The notes below the pieces were generated by a model. It did not search any database. It was not told the DNA's origin and saw nothing but the letters and a program-made list of their open reading frames with translations. A stretch of 64,000 bases of DNA from Eledone cirrhosa (lineage: Eukaryota). Position numbers and translations under genes: made by a program. The stretch covers positions 395,560,001-395,624,000 of the forward strand of contig OZ024740.1 of NCBI GenBank assembly GCA_964016885.1, written 5' to 3'. Positions 39,342 through 49,454 of the stretch are shown here, piece after piece (position 1 is the stretch's first letter; each line of letters opens with the position of its first letter).

Positions 39342-39944
39342 GAGACATTCATTTTGAAAGTAGGAAATGGTTAGATGTAGTTTATCAGCAAATTGAAACA
39401 GTAATTTTGAGTGAAAGAAGCTTTAGATAGTGCCAATAATGTAAATGGACGTTAGAACCAGAATCTAATCAGATCTGTCCTCAACTATCTTTAATAGCTA
39501 TTTCATATTATGGAAGTGGCCGATGAGTTTCGTACTAAATTCTACATATATTAAAACAAATGAGTGTTAAGAATATACAATGAACTCCAGAGGCTTGTTA
39601 TTACTACAATGTGTTGCCTATGGCCTGCCAGGTAGGTTTTCACTGATGTAATTGCTATTTAGTTTTACCTTATATAAGTGTGTAGAATAAGAAGTAATTC
39701 TATAGGGTTTCATTTTAGCAAGAAAGGCTTAAATAAAAAGAAACAAATAAAATGAGCTACGGAAAATATTTCAGATGAACCAATGACATGAAATTTTAAT
39801 TAATAAGTTAAGAGGTGATGAGGTAAAGGTTGTATACTAACATTTCTTAAATAATTGACATTTCTCTTTTAGTAGGAAAAAAAAGACAGTCTTAGCAGCA
39901 ATTGTTAGCAATTCTCAAAGATAAGGGGAGATAATTTCAAAATA

Positions 39945-40873
39945 TCTATATATATAAAACTAAGGATGTCTGTCTGTGTGTGTGTGAGTTTGAAGCCCTA
40001 AAACTCTAGAACCACCCAACCGACTATTTTCAAACTTTACATATGTAATACTTATGTTTCAGAGAGTGTTCTAGCAAAGGAAATTTCAAATTTTCAATGC
40101 CCTAGGGACCGCATTAGGCGATTTTGCGATCTCTCTCTATAATTCTTAGTCTTTCTCTTTTTAGATAGATACATACATATAACGTCGCGCCCTTATAATA
40201 TCTCTGTATGTCTGACTGTCTGCATTACATCACTTCCCTGAGGATGTCTGTCTGTGTGTGTGTGTATGTGTCTGTGAGTTTGAATCCCTAAAACTCGAGA
40301 AGTACCCAACCTACTTTTTTCAAACTTTACATGTGTATTACTTATGTTTCAGGGAGTGTTATGCACATTAAAAAAATTCAACTTTTTGATCCCCTAGGGC
40401 CCGCATTAGGTGAAAAACTGCGTTTTTTTTCAGCCTTTTAGGGTTTTTTTAGTTGTTACATCAGACTGATTTCCTTGAAATTGTAACTATGTATTAGTCA
40501 GTCTCTTCTTCATACCATGAGCAAAGAAAATCCAACTTTTTTATGGCCTAGGGCTCGCATTAGGTGAAAAACTTCATTTTTCAGGTTTTTAGGGCTTTTT
40601 TGAGGCGTTACGTCTAGCCGATTTTCCCGAAATTTCAAGGCATATTATGCACATAAAAAATTCATTTTCTTGATCCCCTAGGGCCCGCATTAGGTGAAAA
40701 CCTGCATTTTTCCTTCTTCATCAAGGAAAATTTTAAAGATTATCCATCCATCAGAGTATTCGGTTTATTTTCTTTACATATTGTCCACGCATGCAGTTTT
40801 TCCACGATTAGGTCTGTTGGCGGCCCGCATTCCAAAATACCTTATCCCATGCAACGCCGGGTACCACTGCCAG
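39945..40873 (+). mobile_element. Non-autonomous Helitron
   Basis: A|TCTATATATATAAAA start; subterminal cccatgcaacgccggg hairpin and CCAG|T end (CTAG variant); no TSD; internal repeats. Confidence 0.75.
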
Positions 40874-40879
40874 TTATGA

Positions 40880-41110
40880 ATAAAATACTAAAATATTGGG
40901 ACTTAAAGGTAAACTATTTCTTCCAACCTATGGTGTTCGAGATATTTAGGGGAGCTGGACCACAGAGAGTGAAGTTCTTGTCATCGTTAGTGGCTCACTC
41001 TACCAAGATGTCAGGAGATGCCCATGAGGGTGTTTGGTTGTTTCAGCACCTTAACTTCACCATTACCAGTGGTTATGCTGCTAGCATGTTGGCTTTTCAA
41101 AAAGTATTAG
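40880..41110 (+). mobile_element. CRE-like non-LTR retrotransposon C-terminal remnant (restriction-like endonuclease region)
   Basis: K..KY.DL...Y.FQP..FE....G....FL..L......GD..E..WLFQHL...I..G.AAS resembles CRE-clade C-termini (from memory). Confidence 0.5.
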
Positions 41111-41667
41111 AGAGAAGTTCTGATGCCTCTTGTGGTGTGTGACTAATTGACGCACTTAGTATTGAATTGATGGGGGGGGGGGGGTCAATGTGATTGCATT
41201 TTGTGTATTATATTTATAAGGTTCCATGAATTCTATTTTTAAGTGAAACATCATAATTCTGGTATATTTTCTTTCGTTTTGAATTTATGTTTTAACATGG
41301 AATATTTATGTAATTAAGAATTGTATATATTATTTGTGTACATTTGATCATTCTGTAATAATTATAAACGGTTTGTAATGTTATTTATACAATTATGAAT
41401 TAATTTCCCAAAGTTTATTTTAACATACTTGAAGGAAAGTCTTATATTTGTTTCTTTCTATGTCAGTTAAAGTTACCACTAGGTGTTAAAAGGCTAATGA
41501 CATTGTAATAACATAGCATAGACAGAGAGAAGAAACAACAGGTCTTTAAGATAGTGGTTATGGCTTTGTCAATTAGACAATGGCATTATTTTGTATGAAG
41601 TCTATGATGTTTGTGTGTATGTAGATGTATCAGCCTTTTATAGATAGTGGAACATTATAGGCCTTAC

Positions 41668-41931
41668 TTTTTATCCTACTGATACCAAACTGCCTGAAAT
41701 TGCCCTGCGTTTTATGATGTAATTTTTTTTTTTTTTACAGGATTTATATTTTTCTAAAAAACCTTCCAACATAATTTTATGTAAAACCTTTAAGTTATGC
41801 TTTAAACACTAACTTGATAATGAGAAAGTTAGTTATATTACTAATCCTTCCAAATTCTTGATTATTTTCAAGATTATTTGAACATCATAAGCAATGTTTT
41901 TCACTCAAAATATGGTTAATGAAAAGGTTAA
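41668..41931 (+). mobile_element. Old piggyBac-type MITE
   Basis: Ends in aaaaggttaa; homologous to the split copy around 36139-37170. Confidence 0.5.
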
Positions 41932-42678
41932 CCTTTGTAAAAGATCAGCAACTGATGGGTATTAATATAAATGAAGAAGATGAGTCTTTAGAAATGCAAT
42001 TTTACAAAGATGTAACTATTACTTAGTATCAAAACTTTTATTATACGTTAGAGTTAAACTTCACCTTTTCTGTTTTGAGGAGATACTATATTTAGAATCT
42101 TCCTTTATGGACGTGGATTAGTAGATAAAAGTGTTGGAAATCTGCATGAAATAAAAGTAAAGTTTGTAAGTTCAAACCATGTTTGAATAACTAGTAACTT
42201 TCTGTCAAGTTGAATCCACAACTCAAGTTTTGATTCTCATTTGTAGCCATTTCAGTTCACATACATTAATATGGCTTTTTATAAAGACATGAACATAATA
42301 ATCTTCTATTTCTCTCTCCCTCCTCCATATTCTCCCCTCTAAGTACAATATCCCTTGTTAAACAACTTTTGCAATGTGATCACAAGGATGATCCGTAGGG
42401 ATCATCTCGCATCCTCTCTATTATCCCTCCCCCCTCTCTCTCTCTCTCTTCTTTGTTGTATATGTGTTTGTGTATTACATGGGGTTGAATCATCCAAATC
42501 CCTACCAAACAACTACAAGACAGCAACAGAAAATATATTCATTGATTAATACCAAGGACATTATGCTCAAATCACTGTAAATTTATCCCAGTTACACATT
42601 TGATATTCTAATCCTTTACACACATATACACACACATCTAAGCACTCACAAGCCCTCACAAACATATATGTGTGTGTG

Positions 42679-42757
42679 TCATCATCATCACCGTTTTACG
42701 TCCATTCTTCCACGCTAGCATGGGTTGGACGGGTTGTCCTGTTGTGGGCAGTATCCG
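42679..42757 (-). mobile_element. RTE-B 3' terminus
   Basis: (CAT)n accgttttacgtcc..gctagcatgggtt. Confidence 0.85.
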
Positions 42758-43464
42758 GAAACATACTTTAATAATAATTTTTATTTATTTGTATTACTAT
42801 TTTCTCATTTGAAACTCCTAAAGTAGTCTATTTCCCCTCCTCTCAATGAATCAGATCATATTCTACTCTAGGTTGCGTTGAAAGACTATATATACATATA
42901 TTTTTACTCTAGGGTGTATTCAGAGATTTAGACAGGAGGAATGCATGCAAACCTGGAAGGCAGTGAGTTTCTGCTTCTCTCTGTTGAGAATGTTCATCTT
43001 ATTGATTATAAGAGTTTCTTTTAGAAGCAAAATAGATGTAATACTATTGAATTGGACCTTTTTTCAAATTATGAGGATCTATGGAAATGTTGTTTTTCTT
43101 CTTCTTTATCCCATGATTATCCCTGACTGAGTAGACTTATGATCAAAGGCATTCCAACAGCAGCCATTTTATCTTTTAAGGATTATCTATGATTATATTA
43201 TTTTATGCATCCTTCCTTTCATTTTGAAACTATGGGATATGGTTTCAGAGAGATTTAGCTGCTATTTATAGCAGGTGAAGCAATGGCATAGAGGCTTTGT
43301 TATTGATTCATAATGCTCAACTATAATCTTCTGTGACTTTAAGCATGTGGATTGGATGCATATTCTCCTTGTTGATAGGAAGCAATCTATCAGTGACAAA
43401 TTTCCCAAAGAAATCTAAAAATGTTATCTGAATTCCTGAGATGAGGATTTATCATTATTATACA

Positions 43465-43646
43465 TGGCAGTATCGGTAGAGGGTTGGACACCATGCTTTC
43501 TAGCATAGTTACATCCCTTTACAGTCTGAGTTCAAATGCCGCCGAGGTTAACTTTGCCTTTCATCCTTACGGGGTTGATAAAATAAAGTACCAGTAATGT
43601 ACTGGGTTATTGCTGGCCTTGTGCCTAGAGTAGAAACAATTATTAT
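43465..43646 (+). mobile_element. SINE (ATT-tailed family)
   Basis: Family match; attattata on both sides. Confidence 0.9.
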
Positions 43647-44089
43647 ACACTGATTTATTTAAACTAAAATCCTCATCTTGACAATGATAGTCACAATTTA
43701 CCTGCTGTACTCTCCAGCCAATTATGTTGCCAAACAACTGCACATCATGCATATTAGACTGACCATGTCCTCTACCCTGTTTCACATAAATAGTGATGCT
43801 CTCCAGCTCTCTCTAAGTAGAATCACAGGGGTAACTATTTTCTGATTATGAGACAATAATCTCTGAAATACATAAATATAATGCCCTATATTTGTACAGA
43901 GGAAACAATGTTTTAATATTTCCTTCATTTTACAGTAAGGCTTATAATTCCAAACCTGTAGTTATATCTACATTAAATGTATCTTAAATCTTTGTGTTCA
44001 GCATAAATACAGCAAAACATAATTGATTACCTTTGCAGAGATGTAAAATAATGAGTTTGAAACTTTCGAAGTAGTATATATAATAGACA

Positions 44090-44427
44090 AAAGGACTCTT
44101 CAGTTGTAGCAAAACATAACTTCCCTAGTGTTGGTGACCTACACACTAAACGCACATAGTACGCTCTGTAAAGTGGTTGGTAAGAGGAACAACATCCAGC
44201 CATAGAAAACTAGCCAAACAAATTTTCGTGAAAACTCTTCAACTGAGTTAAAGACATGACAATCTCCCTAGTGCTGGTGCCATGATTAAATGCCCTTGAC
44301 CATGTGCAGGAATATATGTAAGAGAGTTGTAAGCCCCAGCCCACCCTAGAGGTCAGTTTGAGTACTGAGTTGGTTTGTAAAGACCCGTCCAACCCTTCTT
44401 AGCAATGATGGGGATGATAAAGGTGAT
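44090..44427 (+). mobile_element. Non-autonomous RTE-related bipartite element (dimeric head)
   Basis: Same layout as 18213-18527; ends gacccgtccaaccctt...gatgat. Confidence 0.6.
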
Positions 44428-44493
44428 ATATATATATAAAAGTACATACACACACACACATATATATACACAATATATATATACACACATATC

Positions 44494-44527
<34 letters not shown>

Positions 44528-44925
44528 TAAACGATGATAATAATGATGATGATGATAATATATATACATGCACACATATGTGCTGTTTTATCTTGGCATT
44601 GTATTTATGTCTTGTAGCATAGTACATCTCATGGAGATTTCCTTCTTTCTGTAACTCTTCAGAAACAGACAAAATGGCACCAAGACCATTAATCGGTTTT
44701 ACTAATCTTAGAATTATATTTGTGTCTTTGCTTATATATCCATTTTTTCATGTATGTGTACATGGTTCCTTTTAACCAACAAAGCAATTTGTAGATGTTA
44801 GATGTTGCAAGTAATGGAAAATGTACTTCTTAAAACAGCTGCCCCAAGTAACAACCTACCAATATGATTAGAAAGTTAAAAAGGAGAAATTACTTGTTGC
44901 AATACAATAGTAACTAAAGGATTAA

Positions 44926-45007
<82 letters not shown>

Positions 45008-45008
<1 letters not shown>

Positions 45009-45124
45009 CGAAGGAAATGTGGTAAGGAACCAGGTGGACCATAACGCACCAAAGTACTCAATACTTAGGGTAGTAGAGTAGGTAATAGGAACGAGTAGGA
45101 CCCCGACGGCTAATTCTGGACTAA
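45008..45124 (-). mobile_element. PLE-type terminal module fragment within (TA)n
   Basis: Minus strand agccgtcggggtcct..actct..gtattgagta is shared with 7525-7550 and 24945-24966. Confidence 0.55.
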
Positions 45125-45161
45125 AATATATATATATATATATAATATATATATATAATAT

Positions 45162-45479
45162 ATCATCATCACCGTTTTACGTCCGTTCTTCCATGCTAGC
45201 ATGGGTTAGACGGGTTGTCCTGTTGTGGGCAGTGTCTGGTCGGCTGACCATGCCTTGTTCATACAGGAACTGATTTTGGCTTGATTTCTACAGCTGGATG
45301 CCCTTCCTAACACCAACCTCATTTACAGTGAGTGGCACCTCCACGACCACCTTGCAGTGGGAGGGTGTGGGGGCATATTGTCTATATGCTTCAGCTTGTA
45401 CCCATGGGAGGTCGGGTACTCTGTATTACTGCGTGACGCCAGAGGTCACGGTCGTGTGTCATCGCCTTTGAGAGGTGTA
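45162..45479 (-). mobile_element. RTE-B 3' end with an internal deletion
   Basis: Matches 46006-46400 but lacks the segment between cagtgagtg and gcacctcc. Confidence 0.9.
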
Positions 45480-45587
45480 ATAATATATATATATAATATA
45501 TATAATATATATATATAATATATATATATAATATATAATATATATATATAATATATATAATATATATATATTAAAAACAGCTATAAT

Positions 45588-45776
45588 AATAATTGTTTCT
45601 ACTTTTGGCACAAGGCCAGCAATTACCCAGTACATTACTGGTACTTTATTTTATCGACCCCGTAAGGATGAAAGGCAAAGTTAACCTCGGCGGGATTTGA
45701 ACTCAGATCGTAAAGGGACGTAACTATGCTGGAAAGCATGGCGTCCGACCCTCTACTGATACTGCCAATCCACCGC
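45588..45776 (-). mobile_element. Full-length SINE with TSD
   Basis: Family match; aacagctataataataat on both sides. Confidence 0.92.
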
Positions 45777-46005
45777 AATCAACAGCTATAATAATAATAA
45801 TACTAAATAACTATTCTGTTCTTGGCACGGGGCAGCGATTGTCCCAGCGTATTGCTGGTGCCTTGCTTTTTTTTTGGGGGGGGGGGCGTTGCTGTTTGCT
45901 GTAAAGCAAACAATTATTATTATTGTTATATAAAAACTGAACTGGACTGGAAAAGTCAACAGTTGACATGATTTTGATTTTGTATCAGTACTGATGGTAA
46001 TATAT

Positions 46006-49000
46006 ATCATCATCATCATCATCATCACCGTTTTACGTCCGTTCTTCCACGCTAGCATGGGTTAGACGGGTTGTCCTGTTGTGGGCAGTGTCTGGTCGGC
46101 TGACCATGCCTTGCTCATACAGGAACTGATCTGGCTTGATTTCTACAGCTGGATGCCCTTCCTAACACCAACCTCATTTACAGTGAGTGCTGGGTGCTTT
46201 TTCGTGGCGCCTACACGTCCACTTTACAGTGTGGGCTGGGTGCTTTTTTGCCGTGGCACCTCCACGACCACCTTGCGGTGGGAGGGGGGGGGGGGCATAT
46301 TGTTTATATGCTTCAGCATGTACCCATGGGAGGTCGGGTACCCTGTATTACTGCGTGACGCCAGAAGTCACGATCGTGTGTCATTGACTTTGAGAGGTGT
46401 AGTTGGGTAAGGTCGGCTTTTATCACCTCATCCCAAGTCATCTTGGGTCTCCCCACTCCGCGGTTTCCATCAACTTCTAGTGCTCTGCACCTTTTTATGC
46501 AGCTGTCATCCTTCATACACATCACATGTCCATACCAGCGTAACCGCCTCTCCTGCACGCAGCATTTGATTCCTCTTATGCTCAGTCTCTCTCTCAATTC
46601 CTTTATGCTTTGTCGTTCACGTATATTACTGTTACACATCCATCGGAGCATGCAGGCTTCGTTTCTCTCTAATCTACGTAAGTCTTCCACCTTCAGCGCC
46701 CAGGTCTCACTACCATGCAACATCGCTGTTCGGATACACGCATCATACAGTCTGCCTTTCATTCTGAGGGAGAAGCCTTTTGCAGCTAGCAGTGGTAGTA
46801 GTTCCCTAAACTTCTTCCATCCCGTTCTTACCCTAGTTATTGTACTTTCTGAGCACCCACCTCCGTTGCTAATTCGGTCACCTAGGTAGCAGAAGCTGTC
46901 TACTGTTTCTACAGGGCCCTCCCAGAGATTGGTGGTACTTGTTTCCTGTGGCTGTTTGCTTGCTGTTTCAGCACAGCTGCTGCATGTGAATCCTACATTC
47001 TTAATTAAGCTTCCTGAGATCCCGCTACATCTCTTGTGTACCCATTGTTTGCATTTGGGGCAGAGAATGGAGTTCCTACCTACACCTTTCCTACATACTG
47101 AGCAAGGCCATTTCCCTGAGGGGATCTGGGTTCTGTTTTCTCGTCTACTTATAAGGACCTTAGTCTTTGTCATGTTGACTTTGAGGCCCTTTCTCTCTAG
47201 TCCCTGCTTCCAGGTTTGGAATTTATTCTCTAGTTCTACCATAGATTCAGCTATGAGTGTGAGGTCATCAGCATACAGTAGTTCCCATGGGCATCCGGTC
47301 TTAAACTCCTCCGTTATTGCCTGCAGGACTATGATGAACAGGAGAGGGCTAAGAACAGAGCCCTGGTGGACCCCAACCTGTACGCTAAATTCCTCGCTAT
47401 ACTCATTGCCAATCCTAACTTTGCTGACTGCTCCCCTATACATGGCTTGTACCGCTTTCACAAGCCATTCATCTACTCCTAGTTTTCTAAGAGCCCACCA
47501 GATTACTGCACGTGGAACTCTGTCAAAGGCTTTCTCAAGGTCGACAAATGCCAAGTAGAGTGGCTTACTTTTAGCTAGGTACTTTTCCTGTAATTGCCTC
47601 ACAAGGAAGAGGGCATCAGTGGTGCCTTTCCCTGGTACAAACCCAAATTGCATCTCGTCTATATTCACCCGGTCCCTAATCAGCTGTGCTATAACTCTTT
47701 CTGTTACTTTCATGACCTGGTCCATCAACTTTATACCTCTATAGTTTCCTCTATCTAGTGCATCGCCTTTACCTTTGTAGCAGTTGACAATGATGCTACT
47801 GCACCAATCTTTTGGTATGGCCCCCTCTAGTATTACCTGGTTAACGATACGTGTGGTTATAGTGTGACCTACAGACCCAGATGTCTTCAGCATCTCGGCA
47901 GCTATACCCGATGGACCGGTTGCCTTCCCTATCTTCATATCTCTGATTGCCTTACTTACTACGCTGCCGCTGACTTGTACTGCTGGTCCCTCTATAGGGT
48001 CTCCGTGGGGTAGGGTCTCTTCTTCCCATGCATTCTCCTCATTTAGTAATCTATCATAATGACTCTTCCATGCATCTTTCTTCTCAGCACTTGTGAGGGC
48101 AAGCTCACCTTTATCATTCCGGATACACTTCTCTCCAATGACATCACAACTATCTCTGACACACTGCCTCGCAATCTTGAATACCTCCTGTTTCTGGTCC
48201 TCACGTTGTAAAACATGCTTGAATTTTCTATCCTCTGCTTCCCTCCTAGCTAAGTATACTTGTCGCCTAGCTTCCCTCTTGGTCTCTATGTAATGTACCC
48301 TGCTCCCCCCGTTCTTCCATTCTTTCCATGCCTGTCTCTTGGCCTTGACTGCTTCATCTACCTTATTGTTCCACCACCAAGTCACTCTCCTCCTGCTTGA
48401 GGTCTTACTCCAGCCACAAACCTCATCCGTCGCCTCTAGTAAGTTATTTTTTAGGAACTCCCAGTTCTCTTCTACGTTAAATGTCTCTATCTGTTCTTCT
48501 TTACTGTCGTAGGCGTTGAGTAAAATATCTTTAAATCTGTTACTGGTTGAGGGGACTTTCAGCTTCCAGATCTTTCTTCTCCAGGTTGGCCTCTGTTTCA
48601 GGGCTCGTCTAGTTCTGACCGTGAGGTCGCTGACAACTAAGCTATGTTGGGATGTACATTCCTCACTAGGGAAGGCTTTTGTGTTTACGACCGTCCATCT
48701 GTCACGTCCTCTGATGAGGATAAAATCTAACTGACTAGAGTGCTCCCCTGATCTATAGGTGATCAGGTGGTTGTCGGGTTTTTTAAAGTTTGTGTTACAT
48801 ATCGACATGTCATTGGCGTCGCAGAATTCTAGAAGTCTGAATCCTTCCTCATTCCTTGTGCCAACTCCATGGCCTCCATGTACTCTATTGAAGCGGTCGC
48901 AGTGTTTACCTACGTGTCCGTTAAAATCTCCTGCAATGATTAGGAAGTCCTTGTCGTCTGTTAGAGCAGTAGTGTGTATTAGGGACTCGTAAAACCTATC

Positions 49001-49300
49001 CTTAAGTTCGTCTGGCAGCCCCGATTGGGGTGCGTAAGCTGATATTATTGTGGTAATTGTCTTATTCAGGACTAGTCTGAGTTTAATGATTCTTGCATTT
49101 ACCCTGTACACTGAGATTACTTTATCTACCCACTTGTCAGCTAATAGTATACCTACACCACCCATCCCATCGTCATTTCCCACCCAGAAAAATTTGTAGC
49201 ACTGGCTTTTTCCTACAAGGACTCTAGCAGACCCTCCTCTCCATCTAGTCTCTTGCACACAGCATACATCAACTTCCTTTCGCTCGAGCATTTCTACGAT
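46006..49300 (-). mobile_element. Young RTE LINE, subfamily B, truncated near the ORF start
   Basis: Uninterrupted ORF, 3' UTR and (GAT)n tail; the 5' end abuts (TA)n. Confidence 0.97.
46313..49291 (-). CDS. RTE polyprotein: APE endonuclease + reverse transcriptase with PHD-like finger (992 aa, first APE motif missing)
   Basis: VQETRW, SAYAPQ, AGDFNGH, LDFIL, SQHSLV (APE); DLEKAFD, HQGSVLSP, YADD, FCYLG (RT); RRLRWYGHV..GRPK.TW (RTE C-terminus). Confidence 0.95.
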   Translation of the reverse strand: MLERKEVDVCCVQETRWRGGSARVLVGKSQCYKFFWVGNDDGMGGVGILLADKWVDKVISVYRVNARIIKLRLVLNKTITTIISAYAPQSGLPDELKDRFYESLIHTTALTDDKDFLIIAGDFNGHVGKHCDRFNRVHGGHGVGTRNEEGFRLLEFCDANDMSICNTNFKKPDNHLITYRSGEHSSQLDFILIRGRDRWTVVNTKAFPSEECTSQHSLVVSDLTVRTRRALKQRPTWRRKIWKLKVPSTSNRFKDILLNAYDSKEEQIETFNVEENWEFLKNNLLEATDEVCGWSKTSSRRRVTWWWNNKVDEAVKAKRQAWKEWKNGGSRVHYIETKREARRQVYLARREAEDRKFKHVLQREDQKQEVFKIARQCVRDSCDVIGEKCIRNDKGELALTSAEKKDAWKSHYDRLLNEENAWEEETLPHGDPIEGPAVQVSGSVVSKAIRDMKIGKATGPSGIAAEMLKTSGSVGHTITTRIVNQVILEGAIPKDWCSSIIVNCYKGKGDALDRGNYRGIKLMDQVMKVTERVIAQLIRDRVNIDEMQFGFVPGKGTTDALFLVRQLQEKYLAKSKPLYLAFVDLEKAFDRVPRAVIWWALRKLGVDEWLVKAVQAMYRGAVSKVRIGNEYSEEFSVQVGVHQGSVLSPLLFIIVLQAITEEFKTGCPWELLYADDLTLIAESMVELENKFQTWKQGLERKGLKVNMTKTKVLISRRENRTQIPSGKWPCSVCRKGVGRNSILCPKCKQWVHKRCSGISGSLIKNVGFTCSSCAETASKQPQETSTTNLWEGPVETVDSFCYLGDRISNGGGCSESTITRVRTGWKKFRELLPLLAAKGFSLRMKGRLYDACIRTAMLHGSETWALKVEDLRRLERNEACMLRWMCNSNIRERQSIKELRERLSIRGIKCCVQERRLRWYGHVMCMKDDSCIKRCRALEVDGNRGVGRPKMTWDEVIKADLTQLHLSKSMTHDRDFWRHAVIQGTRPPMGTC

Positions 49301-49307
49301 ACTTCCT

Positions 49308-49345
<38 letters not shown>

Positions 49346-49454
49346 AGTGGTGAGTGTTTGTTTGCATGAATGTTGGTGTGTGTGTGTCTGCCGTGAGTGT
49401 CAATAAGTGTTTTTTTTTGTTTTTTTGTTTTTTTATGACCATGCTGTAAAATGG

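Noticed and set aside
46443-48992. Plus-strand ORFs opposite the RTE ORF, and their equivalents in other copies
   Set aside because: Antisense shadows of RT coding sequence; they recur only because the element is repeated.
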